A stretch of DNA of 64,000 nucleotides from Gracilinanus agilis (Eukaryota): NCBI RefSeq assembly GCF_016433145.1, contig NC_058135.1, positions 271,458,546 to 271,522,545 of the forward strand, given 5' to 3'. Positions 37,296-48,725 of the stretch are shown here, piece after piece. Both the position numbers and the translations under genes were made by a program. Position 1 is the first letter of the stretch, and each line of letters starts with the position of its first letter. The notes under the pieces are model-generated. The model was not told the DNA's origin. It did no database searches and saw only the letters and a list, made by a program, of their open reading frames with translations.

Positions 37296-38575
37296 GTAAG
37301 ACCCAGCCCTTCCTCCCTATGCCAGGAGGTCTGAAGGCCTGTCACCCTCTCCTCATTCTCCCAGGGATTCCCTGATTCGCTGGTTCTTTCCCTGCAGCGC
37401 CTGCTCCAAACCTACCTATGCCAGGGGATTGTGAGACTCCGATGAGACGGGAGCCCAAATCCCATTGCACACCTCCGAGTGTTCTATAAATGCCTGGATG
37501 TTATTATGGTTATTATTATTACTGTTATCATATTCTCCTCACCCTTGAGTCTAATCATCCAGTCTGCCATCTTATGGGCCTATTGGCTTTTCCTTTGGGG
37601 AGATTATATTTCCCACCTCCAATCCATTGCAAAAGCTGTGCTCCCTGCCCGGGAATGTGTCCTTCCTTGTAGAACTCCCTGGCTTCCTTCTAAGAACAGC
37701 CTAAGCACCTCCTCCTACAGGGGAAGCCCTTCCGGACCCCAGAGTAGACTGGAATACCACCCCCCAATTGGCCCAATGGCTAACCCATCGTAGAGACTTA
37801 ATGCCTGCTGGGCGGATCGGAGGCTGAAGCGGGCAGCCCAACACCTTCGTCTCCCATCTCTTTCCCTTCACGCTCTTCAGTGAGACTCATCCTTCTCTCT
37901 GTGTCCTTAACCTTAACTCCCCAGGAGAGACGAGGACCTTGCCCAGGGGCCCTCCCTTCTCTGGATCCCTCTCCGCTGCCCCTTCTTCTTCTTTTTTAAA
38001 CCTTTACCTTCCATCGTAGAATCAATACTCTGGTAGTTCCGAGGCAGAAGAACAGTGAGGCCTGGGCAATGGGGGTTAAGTGACTTGCCCAGAGTCACCG
38101 AGCTAGGAAGTGTCTGAGGCCAGATTTGAACCCAGGATCTCCCATCTCCAGGTCTGGCTCTCTATCCATTGAGCTGCCCAGCTGCCCTCCTCCCATTCTT
38201 TCTCTTCTCTTCACACATCATAGAATTCAGGATTGGAGGAACCAACCTCCTGGGCCACCCCGTTCTGCCTGTGGCTCCTCTTTCAGACCAGTTCCAAACC
38301 CTTCTCTCTGCACATTCTCCTCTTCATGCACTTTATTTCTGGACTCAGAACACAGGGGTTCAGGTCTGAGCTCAGACACTTTCTAGCTGGGATGATAAGC
38401 TTTCTGACCTCAGTTTCTTCATCTGTAAAACAGGGCTAATACTATGTCTGCTGCCTGCCTCCCAGGGCTCTTTTCAGGATGGCGTTTTGAACCCTTTAAA
38501 GGAGTCTGTAGCGCTTGGTGCCAAGGGCAGAGTTCTGGCTGTGACCGACTCCAGGTTCCCCTTTTTGTTTCCCAG

Positions 38576-38743
38576 GCAGGTGATGCTTTTCCGGCAGAGA
38601 CCTCAGGAAATGCTGTGTGGAGCCAGCCTCATCAGTGACCGCTGGGTCCTCACCGCTGCCCACTGCATCTTCTACCCGCCCTGGGACAAGAACTACACAG
38701 TTCAGGACCTGCTAGTGCGCATCGGGAAACACCAACGTGCCAA
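38576..38743 (+). CDS. F2: F2 exon 10, catalytic His57 and 60-loop
   Basis: [56 protein letters not shown]; 168 nt. Confidence 0.97.
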
Positions 38744-39164
38744 GTATGGAGCAGGGCTGGGGAGTGGGTGCGGGCAGGGCAGCCTTCCTGGAAGGGGACG
38801 CCCCTAGCCCATGGAGAGCCAGGCAGAGGGCTGCCGTGGGGGAGCAGTCCTTTCTGAGGGAGGGCTGTAATCCAGCAAGAACTCTTTGGAGTGTGGTAGC
38901 AAGAAGAGTGTTGGACCCACATTCAGGAGACCTGGGTTCAAATGCTGCCTCAGATGCTTCCCAGTCACACTCATGAGCTGCTTCGCCATTCTGAGCCTAA
39001 GTTCTCCTCTGTAAAATGGGGATAACACTTGTCGTCTCATCCATAAAGCCTCGTAGAAAGGGGAGGCATGTTTATTGCTCCAGGGGTGTCTAGGATGCAG
39101 TGGTCCCTTCAGTGCCCAGCACAAGCCATCTTTGCCTTTGCTGTCAGGGGACAGAGTGGGACTC

Positions 39165-39483
39165 NNNNNNNNNNNNNNNNNNNNNNNNNNNNNNNNNNNN
39201 NNNNNNNNNNNNNNNNNNNNNNNNNNNNNNNNNNNNNNNNNNNNNNNNNNNNNNNNNNNNNNNNNNNNNNNNNNNNNNNNNNNNNNNNNNNNNNNNNNNN
39301 NNNNNNNNNNNNNNNNNNNNNNNNNNNNNNNNNNNNNNNNNNNNNNNNNNNNNNNNNNNNNNNNNNNNNNNNNNNNNNNNNNNNNNNNNNNNNNNNNNNN
39401 NNNNNNNNNNNNNNNNNNNNNNNNNNNNNNNNNNNNNNNNNNNNNNNNNNNNNNNNNNNNNNNNNNNNNNNNNNNNNNNNNNN
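39165..39483. other. Assembly gap (319 N) in F2 intron 10
   Basis: Run of N abutting a truncated SINE; no F2 exon is missing across it. Confidence 1.
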
Positions 39484-40489
39484 TTGGCATCAATTCTAAG
39501 ACAGAAAAGCCATAAGGTCTAGGCAATTGGGGTTAGGTGACTTGTCCAAGGTCACACAGCTAGGAAATGCCCAAAGCCAGATTTGAGCCCAGGACTTCCC
39601 CAATCCAAGCTTGGAATCCTATGCACTGTGCTCCTGTCTGGGATCCTGTGACCCAGCTGGACCCACCCATCCTTGGAGATGGCCTCATGGTCTCTTTCTG
39701 CTCTCCCTCCTTCTCCCATCTTGTCCCCCCTGATTATCACTCCTGGAGCCTGGAAGAGCCTGGCAGGGGCTCTGGGCTCCTCGGGGAAGATGGTGTTCCG
39801 GGGACGGACCACTGCAATGGCCCTTAAAGATCTAGCCCCGTGTCCTCGGTTCCAAAGTAGAAATATTGGTGCCTGGGGTAGATGCCGCCGTCACTCCCAG
39901 GAACACCCACTCCTGACGAAGCATTTGAGTCAAGCCACAGCCGGCAATGCCCGTCTCATCAGGTGCCTCGAGTTGCGCCTCTGAGGAGGGGGAGCCCGGC
40001 TGCCCCCTCTGTCCGGCTCTCTCCTCCGGCCAGCTTCAGGGGAGGCGACGGGCCTTCGTCCCGGGTCTCTGAACGTTCTTCTAAAATGTGCTCGTCTCGC
40101 TTGTTTTCACGACGAGGCCTTCGCTTCCTCCCTCCGACTTCCCCTCGTCCACAGGCCCAAAGGGGAGCGAAGCCCCCGTCACGAGCCGCGTGTTGGTGGG
40201 TCCCCTCCGGCCTCTTGTCCCTCCCTCGCTTGGAAAGGGTCCGAATGAAGCCGAGCCCCGCAGCCGGCATCGTGGGCTTCCCCGGAAGGGGGCCGAGTCC
40301 AGTCCAGAAGCCTTTCTTAGGCCCTTCTCGGGGCCAGGCGCCAGGCGTGTCGTGGGGCCTCCCGGGGGTTCTCGGGCTAAGGAGGGGGCCGGGGACAAAG
40401 GCCTACGGAGGTTCGGGGAGGGGGACGTTCTAGGCTGCCTTCTCGAGAGGCCCTGAGGACGCGCTTCCCTCCCGGTGGGCTCTGGGCAG

Positions 40490-40663
40490 GTATGAACGCA
40501 CCATGGAGAAGATCGCCAAGCTGGAGAGGATCATCATCCACCCCAAATACAACTGGAAGGAGAATCTGGATCGGGACATCGCCCTGCTGAAGCTCAAGAA
40601 CCCCATCACCTTCACCGACTACATCCACCCCGTCTGCCTGCCCTCCAAGGAGATGGTGCAGAA
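40490..40663 (+). CDS. F2: F2 exon 11, catalytic Asp102
   Basis: [58 protein letters not shown]; 174 nt. Confidence 0.97.
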
Positions 40664-40763
40664 GTACAGCCTTGGGCCGGGGCGGGGGGCCCCCCGGAAA
40701 GGGCCGGGCTGAGGCCCGCCGGCCTCGGGGCCTACATTCGCTCTCCGGCCTCCTTTCTCCCAG

Positions 40764-40942
40764 GTTATTCCTGTCCGGGTACAAGGGGAGGGTCACCGGC
40801 TGGGGCAACCTGAAGGAGACCTGGACCTCCACCAAAGAAAACCTGCCTGAAGTCATGCAAAAAATCAACCTGCCCATCGTGGAGAAGGACGTGTGCCGGG
40901 CCTCCACCCGGATCAAAATCACAGACAACATGTTCTGTGCAG
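40764..40942 (+). CDS. F2: F2 exon 12 (autolysis loop), followed by a GC donor
   Basis: [59 protein letters not shown]; 179 nt; GCAG|GCAAGT. Confidence 0.96.
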
Positions 40943-41087
40943 GCAAGTTTGGGGGGCGGACATGGCCGGGAAGAGGTTCGGGGGGCAAAGTCTATTCAGC
41001 AGGGGGGGAGGGAAGGGAAGGCCCCAGCCACGTCTGTTCAGGCATCCTGGGGGACAGGCCGGGTCTGACCCGTCGCCCCCTCCCCAG

Positions 41088-41158
41088 GGTACCCACCTGG
41101 TGCAGGGAGACGAGGTGATTCTTGTGAAGGGGACAGCGGGGGACCTTTTGTGATGAAG
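41088..41158 (+). CDS. F2: F2 exon 13, Asp189 and catalytic Ser195
   Basis: [24 protein letters not shown]; 71 nt; ctccccag|GG, AAG|GTGAGA. Confidence 0.96.
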
Positions 41159-41425
41159 GTGAGAAATGGGTGTGTGGAAAAGCGCCGGGCTGGGAGGGGG
41201 CCCTGGACCGATCTAGAACTAGGCCGGCGGGGCCGGAGCTTTGGCCCAGGGTTCCGGCATCGTTCTAGGGTGCTCGGCACGCCTCAAGAGAGCTCATTCC
41301 CGTCCCCCTCCTCCCCCATCTCCTGTGCAAGAACCACCCCGGATGGCTGCATTGCTGGTGTGGGCTGGGGACAGGCAGGGAGGATGGAGGCCCCCCGAGA
41401 CATCCTCGATCCTGTTTTCTTTAAG

Positions 41426-41569
41426 AACCCTTTTGACAAACGCTGGTACCAAATGGGGATCGTGTCCTGGGGGGAAGGCTGCGACCGGGACGGGAAATTC
41501 GGCTTCTACACGCATGTTTTCCGTCTGAAGAAATGGATACAGAAAGTCATCGACAAGTTTGGAGGTTAG
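41426..41569 (+). CDS. F2: F2 exon 14 to stop ([47 protein letters not shown])
   Basis: tttctttaag|AAC; TAG at 41567-41569; the 14 exons sum to 1857 nt (618 aa + stop). Confidence 0.97.
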   Translation, partial: NPFDKRWYQMGIVSWGEGCDRDGKFGFYTHVFRLKKWIQKVIDKFGG

Positions 41570-41633
41570 GGGCCCCGGCGTGGGGCCCCCCTCCCCAGAA
41601 AGGAGCATGAACTGGAGCCCCCCGCGACGGAGG

Positions 41634-41700
41634 AGAGTTTTGTGTTGTTTTGTATTTCTAAGATATCTATTTCCCAATAAAAGTATTTCCTTCCACGAGC
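41634..41700 (+). terminator. F2 3'-end processing signal: U-rich upstream element, AATAAA 41676-41681, CG at 41696-41697
   Basis: gttttgtgttgttttgtatttcta...ttcccAATAAAagtatttccttccaCGagc. Confidence 0.85.
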
Positions 41701-41989
41701 TCTGGCGCCTCCTTCTCACGCTCGGCCCTCAGCCCAGGCCCAGAGAGCTCCCAGAGGGGCTGCCCAGGATGGCTAAGAGCCGGGCCATGGGATAGAGCGG
41801 TGATGGCGAGCCTATGGCACGGGGCCAAAGACGGCATGCAGAGCGCGCTGTCGTCCCCCTCCCCCTCCCCCAGAGGTCGTTACTAGAAAGGCGAAAGGAC
41901 TGGGGCAGAGAGGCTCCGTTCCCCCCTCCACATGCGCCTCTCGTCCCCCGCCCCTCGGCCCAGCAGCCAATGGAACGCTTCCTCCCTTC

Positions 41990-42125
41990 CCTGTGTGTGT
42001 GGGGGGGGGGGGAGAGAAAGAGAGAGACAGACACAGAGGCAGAGACAGAGAGGGAGAGAAGAGGACAGACAGACAGAAATAGAGAGACACACAGACAGAC
42101 AGAAACAGAGATAGAGTTTGGGGAG
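41990..42125 (+). repeat. Compound GT/G/GA/GACA purine-rich microsatellite downstream of F2
   Basis: gtgtgtgtggggg...gagagaaagagagagacagacacagagg... Confidence 0.85.
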
Positions 42126-42770
42126 AGGGAGCTGAGCCACAGGAACACATTGGAGTCAGGCTTGTCCCCTGGCTGAAGAAGCCTCTCCAGGGACATTTCC
42201 CAAACCCCCCATTTTCACTCCTGCCTGGGAATGGGTCCTGCTGGGACCACTTTGCCTTTTTACGCCGAATGCTGCTGAACTGGGGTTCTTTCTTCAGTTG
42301 GGAGAATCGCTGTGCCGTCCCTCAGGCGTCTGATGAAGGGGTGGCCCTTCTCACCAACGCTGACCCCCGCCACATGGAGCCTTCCTGGATGAGCTGCATT
42401 TTAAGGACTGGAAAATGCCTTTACCTGCTAGCCACCTTCGGCATCTGGACCCTGGGAAGTGGCTGTTATCAGTTTCCTCATCTTACAGCTGAGGGAACTG
42501 ATAGCGAGAAAGATTAGAGCACAGAATCACTTCCCAACTGGACCCAGGATCTTCTCTCCTTGGCTGCTTAGTTAGGAATCAGAAAAGGAATTCTAATGTA
42601 TGCATCTGGAAAAATGTGAGTCTTAAAGGCCATCAGAGAGGACAAGTGAGCCCGGTCTGCCTGGACTGAAATGTCTGTTCCTGGGTACTTGGGGCATTGC
42701 AGGTGGAGGGGACGAGAGGACGGATGTCGATGTAGGTTTGCTCTCCTCCTGCCAGGTCTCCAGGGGAGAG

Positions 42771-42800
42771 GTTCTGGGTTCTGGGTTCTGGGTTCTGGGT
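42771..42800 (+). repeat. (TTCTGGG)4 short tandem repeat
   Basis: gttctgggttctgggttctgggttctgggt. Confidence 0.85.
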
Positions 42801-43844
42801 TTGGGCTACCAGGTATTTTTCATTGGAGATTTGGATAGAGTTATCAGTGCCACATTTGTCCAACCTGTAAAGGCCACTGTGCCGAGAAGCCGAGCGAACA
42901 CAGCGGCCCAGAGAACTTAGGAACATCTCGGCAGGCCAGACGTGGGGCTGAATCTGAGACAGGGAAGCCCTGAAGTCCCTGAGCTTTCATAACTTCAGAA
43001 GTAAAAGTTAAATTAAACTTCTCTCACACTTATTTTGCATTGTGGAATTGTGAATGACTTAATCTTTCTTTTAAAAACTGGTTCCTTCATTCTGTCTTAG
43101 ACTCAAGAAAAGGATCAAATCCAAGGCAGAAGAGCAGGAAGAGCTGGGCAATTGGGAATTAGGTGACTTGTCCATGGTTACACAGCTAGGAAGTACCTGA
43201 GGCCAGATTTGAACCCAGGACCTCCCATCTTCAGGCCCACCTAGCTGCCCCAAACAACTTCATTATTTTATTTTTTTTAAACCCTTAACTTCTGTGTATT
43301 GGCTCCTAGGTGGAAGAGTGGTAAGGATGGACAATGGGGGTCAAATGACTTGTCCAGGGTCACACAGCTGGGAAGTGTCTGAGGCTAGATTTGAACCTAG
43401 GACCAAACGACTTTAATCTTAAAAAGTTGTGGCCCCTGTCTTTCTGCATGGCACGTGGGCCAGTTTCTGGACAGAACTTTCTCCAGTCTGACCCAAACTG
43501 TGGTGGGATAGAAGAGGTCCTTTGGCTTGGCCACTTGGGTTCCCAGTTCTATTTGACTGTTTTCTTGTGGGGTTGTGTCCAAACTGTCCCCTCTGCATCT
43601 AAACCTTTGGAGACTTCGCAAAGGCCCTGAGGAGCAGCCAATGAGTTTTTACAAAATTCATAGTGATCACAATGAAATATTTAAAAATTTTAATTGCTAA
43701 ATCTTTAAAATGTTTATGTGAATTGTAGCATTTATGCCAGATGGGGTCTGGAGTTAGGAAGACTGGAGTTCCAATCCAGCCTCAGACTAGCTGTGTGACC
43801 CTGGACAAATCACCTTCCCTGCCAGCCTCAATGATCTTCAATTT

Positions 43845-44085
43845 GCCCCAAGAGAAATCCTTCCAGTCCCATTCCTCCCCATGTCCTGTACAAGAACGAC
43901 CCTGGGTGGCTGGATTGCTGGCGTGGACTACGGATAGGCAGAGAGGATGGAGGCCCTCCCCCACCCCCAGACATCCTCATTCCTGTTTTATGAACCCTCT
44001 TGACAAACGCTGGTACCAAATGGGGACCCATCACCAGTGTCTGGGGGGGAGGCTGCAACTGGAGCGGGGAAATACAGCTTCTGTG
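43845..44085 (+). pseudogene. F2: Dead partial duplicate of the end of F2 intron 13 plus the 5' half of exon 14
   Basis: Aligns to ~41281-41510 (ttgacaaacgctggtaccaaatgggga identical); acceptor AG lost (ttttatgaac), insertion after ATGGGG, CpG decay. Confidence 0.9.
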
Positions 44086-46224
44086 TTTCTTCAATGGGGT
44101 CAGTGAGGGCCCTCCACGCCCTCAGGCTGTTGAGGCTCTACTGAGATCCTATAAAGCACTTAGCACCGTGGCTGGTGCCCATGCCAGCTCCTAGCGTTGG
44201 CTGCAGGTCTTGGGCTTTTCCCCACCTCAAACCCAAGTTTGCCTTGTTGCTGCTCCTGGACCTTCAAGGGCCACACAAGTCTAACCACTCCCATATCTGA
44301 CCACAGGGACAGCCCTCTCTGTCCACCCTGCAGGAGGGCTTGAGGCTGGAGGCTGAAGGGCCTTGTTTCCATGGATAGTTGTTGAAAGGGGCCCAGCAGA
44401 AGAGCTGTCCTGCCTGGGAAGACACCATCTCCCAAGGCAGCCTCTCTCCCCTCCACCTGGGGGCTAATTGTTGAGAAACTTGGCCCAGGGGGCAGATAGA
44501 GCTGGGGACTGGGAGTCCCCTCAATTCCAGTCTTTGCCAGGAAAATCCCAAATGGGGTTACCAAGGTTGGAAAGGACTGAAAAACGGATTTATAATGTCA
44601 GATCCCTGAATGAGGACTTGGTTTCCTGTCCCTTCCCACAAGTTAGGTTAAAAAGAGATGAGTTGGGGGGGTGGGGTGTTAGGTGGCTCCGTGGATTGAA
44701 GGCCAGACATAGAGGCAGGAGGTCCTGGGTTCAAATCTGACCTCAAGATACTTTCTAGCTGCAAGTCCTTTAACCCCACTGCCTTATCCTTGCTGCTCTT
44801 CTGCCTTGGATCTAGGACTAAATGTTGATTCTAAGATGGGCGGTAAGAGATTTTTTACAAAAAGAGAAAGAATCAGGCACAGTATTCTTTCAACCTTTGA
44901 CTCTGACTTTATCAGATAGCCCTGAGCTAAAGAAATGGGATGTCACAGTGTCACGGCCTAGCCTAACCTTTTAAGTCACATTTTACAAGAAATGGAGGCA
45001 GCCAAAGGACTCAACTTGCCCAGGTTTAAGAGTAGCATCAAAGTGGGATTTGAACCCAGGAAGTTGTCTGGGTCCCTTTGATCCTCCAGAAGCAGCCCTG
45101 TATCAAGAAGCCCCAGCTCTGACGTGATGGCCCCCTGCAAGCCAGGGGACCCAGAGAGTAGGCAGAGGAATTGCCTGCCTCCCGGGAAGTGGGGGTGCCC
45201 CTATGAATGTCAGATGAGGTTGGGAAGTCTGGGGGGGCCTTCCTTCACTTGATCCGAGCCCCCCACCAGGGCCAGCTCCCTCCGTGCCTGGTTCTCAGCC
45301 AGGGCTGAGGACCAGCGTGTGGCCCGTTCGAGTGTCCAATTCTACTTCTGCCCCAAACGGGGGCTCCCACTGAAAAACCAGCAACTCAGCTAACTGGGCT
45401 GCTGAGCACACAGAGCACGACAGGGTAGCTGACAAAAAGGAGACGCGAAGCCCCGTGAGGTAAGGATGGCTGCTCAGGGCTGGAAGGTCCAGTGGTGGGA
45501 GCCCCCAGCCTACGTCAGACCCTGGACTATCGCTCGGATCCTCATGTCACAGGCATCTCCTCTCACTAAACCAAGAACACATGCATCAGCTGCTTTTGAA
45601 CCGGTCTTCAGTCTCATTTATTCTGATTTCAGTGCTGGGGAGGGCTTACAACACTCCTTAGATAAGAACTGACGGCTTCCATGGACAGTAGCCTCCCCGG
45701 GCGGAGGCCATCCTCCTGCCTGCTGGCCCCCAGGCAGCGTGAGGCGAGGTGACCAAGATCCCTAAAGAGCCGCTTCCAAGGCTGCGCCGAGGTTCTTGGG
45801 GTGCACCCTCTGGGTGACACCTAAAGGATCCTGAGAACCGCCATTTCTCCTGATGGCACCCTGGCACTGTCCCGGGACTAGGGGCAGATGGCTAGGTAGT
45901 GGGACGCCCAAGGACACGCACGGAGCCGAAGTCACCAGAGGATCCATCATCTGCAGATAAGGTGAACCGGGGCCAGAGCCGGGAGCTCCCGATGAACTCC
46001 ATCCGTGCGAGCAGCCCCTGGAAAGCCGGCGCGGGAGCGAGGAGCAGCCCCTAGCAGAGGGGAGGGAGCTTCCCGGCCCCTTCAGGAGTCAGGGCGCCTG
46101 GGCGTGCGTCCTGTGTCCGGGAGCCAGGGAGGAAGCGGCCCGTCGACCTCAGGCTGGCTAAGCCCCGGCTCTTCCAGGTGACGGGGAGCTCCACCTTTCC
46201 AACTGCGGGGTTGGTTCTTGGTAG

Positions 46225-46694
46225 ACAGTTAGAGTTAATGCAAACTTTATTTACAAAAGACACTTAAATTAGCTTTATCATGCCATGCGTCCATACAGAA
46301 TAGACCGACCCTTTAGGGTTACAGAGGAGAGCTCACAAACTCAAAGGAAAACCGCTAAAGAGTTTCTAATAGTCAAGAGCTAGGAAAGAGAGAGTCAACT
46401 TTACAAATCAGAGCAATTAAAAAAAGAGATGAGGACACGGTCTGAGCGGAGCGAAGGGGGCTGTTTACAAGTCTGTACACTAAACTAATACACAGACGTC
46501 TTCTATGGGCAGGACGCTCACGGACAGAAGCAGAGTATGTACAGAGAGACTTGTGCCACGGCGACGCGATCCTCCCCCAAGATCCGCAGTTTTGTACATC
46601 AAACCAGTCTGTATGGCCTAGGCTTGGGCAAGGCTGCTTGGAACTATGAAGACTTCTAGTGGAGTAAACCAAAGCCGGGGAGCGCGGGAGGCCT
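46225..46694 (-). other. CKAP5: CKAP5 3' UTR with AATAAA at 46246-46251 (minus strand)
   Basis: Directly follows the stop; tttatt on + strand; cleavage position approximate. Confidence 0.8.
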
Positions 46695-46940
<246 letters not shown>

Positions 46941-47124
46941 CTAATGGGAGAAGAACATACAGATTCTCAGCAACAACCTGCACGATGTGGCAAGGATGGA
47001 TACCCCATCCCAGTCCAATTGTGGTTGTTGTTTGGCCGTTTTGGTCATGCCGGACCCCTTGACACCCCATTTGGGGTGTTCTTGGAAGAGACACTAGGGC
47101 AGTTTGCCATTTCCTTCTCCAGCT

Positions 47125-47495
<371 letters not shown>

Positions 47496-48023
47496 TCAGA
47501 CAATCCACCTCCTTGTGAGCACCCTCAAGCCAGTTCATGAACAGCCTGTCCTTCAGATCCCCACAGGGAGGCTTATCTAGTTCCCCAGGCTGCAAAGGCC
47601 GCAAAGGCACATGCATGGAGTCAGGACAGAAAAAGATGGTCCACGCAACTTAAAGAGAATTCTCAAAGACTCACTTCTGGAAAGGACATCTTTTACTCCT
47701 AAAACCTGGAGCCTTAGGTTAGGCACTGTAGTAATGTTCTAGCGACAAGACCTCAGGAATAAGCTTTGGTTGTTAACGAAGACCAATCCATGCAAAGAAC
47801 ATAGATATTTCGGCCTGTCAAAGTTCTTGCGATTATATTAATGATAGGACTTTCAGGATTGGGGCAGAACCTTAGGTATTTGGAGAAATAGAGATGGTTT
47901 GGAAAACTGAGAAATTAAGAGGAATTTGCATTGAAAATTATAACACAGACCCAAAATCCCAAGAGAAGGGTCCATTCTGAGGGGAACTTTGGGGAGAAGA
48001 GCAGAAATGTTTGATGAATATCT

Positions 48024-48725
48024 TGTGAAGATGGAATTACCTCTCCCCTATTTATTCTTTAGATTTTAGCCATCAGGAATGTATACACCCCACCCTGCTT
48101 AAGGATTAAGTGGCTTTAAATGGTGGGGTGGTCTATGACCCAGGTGTGCTAGGGAGGACAAGTCAAAATAACTGACTGCCCCCTGGGCAGTCCAGAGCGG
48201 GGTTAAGGCTTCTATTTGTCCACGAAGAACTGGAGGGTTGACACAGAAGTGATGCAAAGAATTGTCTTTTAAATATGATGGTAACTTCCTGTGAAGGGGA
48301 TTTTGCTCTTTGAACTTGGCCTTGGAAGAGCTCGGGCTTGAGACCTCAGACTGCTTCCTTTTGGACTGCCACATGGGTGAGTAAAAGGCTGACTCCCTTT
48401 CCTTGGCTTTTCTGGAGGCATTAGCCTCCGAAGAGGCCTCTTGTCTTGAAGGAGGCCTCATGGCTAGAAGCCTTGTTTAATTAACCTCTTTGCCCCCCTT
48501 TGCTGGCGCCTCTGAAGCCCTACCTGGTTCGGACCTTTGTACCAGGCTGGAGTAATTCTCTCTCTCTCTCTCTCTCAAATCTTCCTTACTTTCACCCTTC
48601 CTATTTGTAAATAAACTATCATAAAAGTCATTCTGACTTGAGTCTTTCATTTGGAATTGAGTAATCAATTTCCGGTGACCATTACTCTTAAATATTCAGT
48701 CCAACCATAATTTTTACCCCTTACA
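48024..48725 (+). mobile_element. ERV LTR (copy 1)
   Basis: TGTGAAG...CCCCTTACA, AATAAA 48610-48615; homologous to 59091-59630. Confidence 0.85.

Noticed and set aside
38804-39526. Four long ORFs of 140-240 aa
   Set aside because: They run through the 319-N gap
39882-40456. Several 100-180 aa ORFs in F2 intron 10
   Set aside because: GC-rich intron, low-complexity translations, no homology recognised
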